Positions 13,879 to 15,496 of a stretch of DNA of 15,496 nt are shown here, one piece after another (the stretch's first letter is position 1; each line of letters starts with the position of its first letter). The stretch covers positions 1 through 15,496 of the forward strand of contig CAYMED010000033.1 of NCBI GenBank assembly GCA_964389655.1, in the 5' to 3' direction. Made by a program: the position numbers and the translations under genes. The stretch comes from an uncultured Candidatus Poseidoniales archaeon (GTDB lineage Archaea; Thermoplasmatota; Poseidoniia; Poseidoniales; CAYMED01). The notes under the pieces are model-generated. The model worked only from the letters and a program-made list of their open reading frames with translations. It was not told the DNA's origin and ran no database searches.

Positions 13879-15496
13879 TTACCCGTTGTTCAATAGAACA
13901 TCAGTATATGGCTTGTCAATGTCGAGTTGAGTGACATATAGGCCACTTGTAATGCAGGATGCATAGGCATATCCGTCATGATATTCAACTGCCCAAAGGA
14001 ATGGTGTCCATCCGAAATCATAGTATGCTGAATCGAGTGGTTCTCCATATTCTGAGGCATGTGGTAAGTAAAATCCGATGGTTGCTTCCATATTTGTCGA
14101 ATTCCGCTCTTGGCCTGTGAATCCGGCGTGAATAAGTGTTTCAACGTCGACAACCCACATTCCTCCGTGGTAATGGCTGACATACAATCGACCATCCCAT
14201 GTTCCGCCGTGACTATTGTCGGGAAGAGTATCCTCATTTGTGGGGAAAAATACGCTATCCAAATTATGTGGGCTAAATAAGAGCCATTCGTCATCCTTGG
14301 CATGATCTTCACATGAACTTCCATAGCAGTGATCCCATGCAGTAGGTATTTCCCAAGTGGAATAGAGGGATGGCTCAAAACGCATATTTCCATTATTCAT
14401 GGTATAGTTGGTCGTGTCTAGCAAGTATACCAGTCCTGTTCCTACTGATGTTTGGATAACTTCTACTGCAAGAACTGTAAGGTGTCGCTCTCCACTAGGG
14501 CCGCCTAGGTGGCTTGTCTCAACCATTTCTGGAAATGGTTCAGCGTAATGGATGTAGGATGCCCGGCCACCATTTTCGTTTCCTGTCGTTCCACTATCGA
14601 TTTCACCATCTCCATCGAGATCTGCAAAATCATCCCAATGGCCGACTTCAGGTGCTCTCCAAGTGCATCCTACTTGTGTCCCAATCGTTGCACGACAGCC
14701 AGCTCCGTAGAAGTAATATTCTTGTGGTGAATTGGTTGGATGTGGAACATCGCTGATGTCGAAAATTCTTAGTCCTGCTTCCCAGTAAGCACCGTAAATG
14801 TAAGTGCGACCATAACGTGGGTCATTTTGATCTTCACCAGGCCATGTTTGAGTGGTCATGTCATGGATATATATCCAACCTCCTCGAGTGGTTTCCCAGG
14901 CAACTTCAGCCTCCCCGATTTTCACGATACGGGGCAAATCAGCCCATCCATCAAAATTTAGGTGGGCTATTGTAATTCCTCCACATGCGTCCCCCTGTCC
15001 GATATCGCATTCAGTATAATCTGGATTGGCAACGAGGATGTACCACTCACCATCAATCATTTGTGTGTAGAGATTATGCGGGCCACTAGGATGATCAGCA
15101 TCATACCACGAATCAACATAGAATGGATCGCTCTTGTCTGTTACATCGATTAGAGTAACACTAACTTGGATTGGATCGTCCCAATTTCCGATATTTGGGT
15201 CTGCATATCCTGAATCAACAAGTTGGTTCTGAAGGATAAGATACTCATTTCCGTTGTGCTCAAGGTATTTCACATCCAAGACCTGAGTATTTGGATCATT
15301 GTACACTCCGACTACCGTAGTATTGCCAGGGTCGGTGACATCCGTGATGTGAACATCATTCCACCCAGCCTGATATGCATAATCATGGCCATCCGGAGCA
15401 GTCATTACTTGAATTTCGGCATTTCCAGGGCTTGAAAGTGGATTGAAGTCAACATATTTGATATTGCTTGAGGACATGTTGTGGTGTGTTGGATCT
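13879..15496 (-). CDS. LVIVD-repeat / choice-of-anchor-B-like beta-propeller protein, 5'-truncated by the window edge
   Basis: The frame stays open past ATG 15477 (DPTHHNM...). Blade motifs HITDVTDP, LIDVTDKSDP, YGAYWEAGLRIFDISD, YVSHYHGGMWVVDV, YASCITSGLYV; Ca-binding-type motif DLDGDGEID. Confidence 0.8.
   Translation of the reverse strand, partial: DPTHHNMSSSNIKYVDFNPLSSPGNAEIQVMTAPDGHDYAYQAGWNDVHITDVTDPGNTTVVGVYNDPNTQVLDVKYLEHNGNEYLILQNQLVDSGYADPNIGNWDDPIQVSVTLIDVTDKSDPFYVDSWYDADHPSGPHNLYTQMIDGEWYILVANPDYTECDIGQGDACGGITIAHLNFDGWADLPRIVKIGEAEVAWETTRGGWIYIHDMTTQTWPGEDQNDPRYGRTYIYGAYWEAGLRIFDISDVPHPTNSPQEYYFYGAGCRATIGTQVGCTWRAPEVGHWDDFADLDGDGEIDSGTTGNENGGRASYIHYAEPFPEMVETSHLGGPSGERHLTVLAVEVIQTSVGTGLVYLLDTTNYTMNNGNMRFEPSLYSTWEIPTAWDHCYGSSCEDHAKDDEWLLFSPHNLDSVFFPTNEDTLPDNSHGGTWDGRLYVSHYHGGMWVVDVETLIHAGFTGQERNSTNMEATIGFYLPHASEYGEPLDSAYYDFGWTPFLWAVEYHDGYAYASCITSGLYVTQLDIDKPYTDVLLNNG

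Noticed and set aside
364-15435. Many short shadow ORFs (e.g. 405..731, 6245..6586, 7392..7736, 12503..12874, 13890..14393)
   Set aside because: They lie antisense or out of frame within well-supported genes and show no motifs.
1-15496. tRNA, rRNA, IS element, integrase or provirus
   Set aside because: No cloverleaf, transposase or integrase motifs or terminal repeats seen; intergenic gaps are at most about 150 nt.

Overview
Archaeal chromosomal segment. Archaeal origin rests on rpl15e and an archaeal-type TpiA. The gene mix (bacterial-like SucCD and PgsA, secreted LVIVD-type propeller, Gly/Pro/Arg low-complexity tail) suggests Marine Group II/III Thermoplasmatota (Poseidoniales-like); this is inference. 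In order: 3' end of a gene with a (GPGGGRGPP)n Gly-X-Y tail; an unannotated 50-aa ribbon-helix-helix-like ORF; sucCD; an NDP-sugar nucleotidyltransferase; tpiA; isoaspartyl peptidase/asparaginase; a small membrane protein; a membrane-anchored, sequon-rich type I glutaminyl cyclase; rpl15e; a 66-aa membrane protein; three tandem AIM24/TIGR00266 paralogues preceded by a small basic winged-helix-like ORF; a secreted protein with a CTERM-like tail overlapping a PgsA-type CDP-alcohol phosphatidyltransferase; a small acidic EF-hand protein followed closely by a Nob1-like PIN-TPR protein; and the 3' part of a His-motif LVIVD-type beta-propeller. I saw no tRNA, rRNA, CRISPR array or mobile element. 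The best candidates for undescribed systems are the EF-hand/PIN-TPR pair, the AIM24 triplet with its upstream wHTH-like gene, and the hidden RHH ORF with a palindromic site. All family calls come from recognising motifs by eye; no searches were run.
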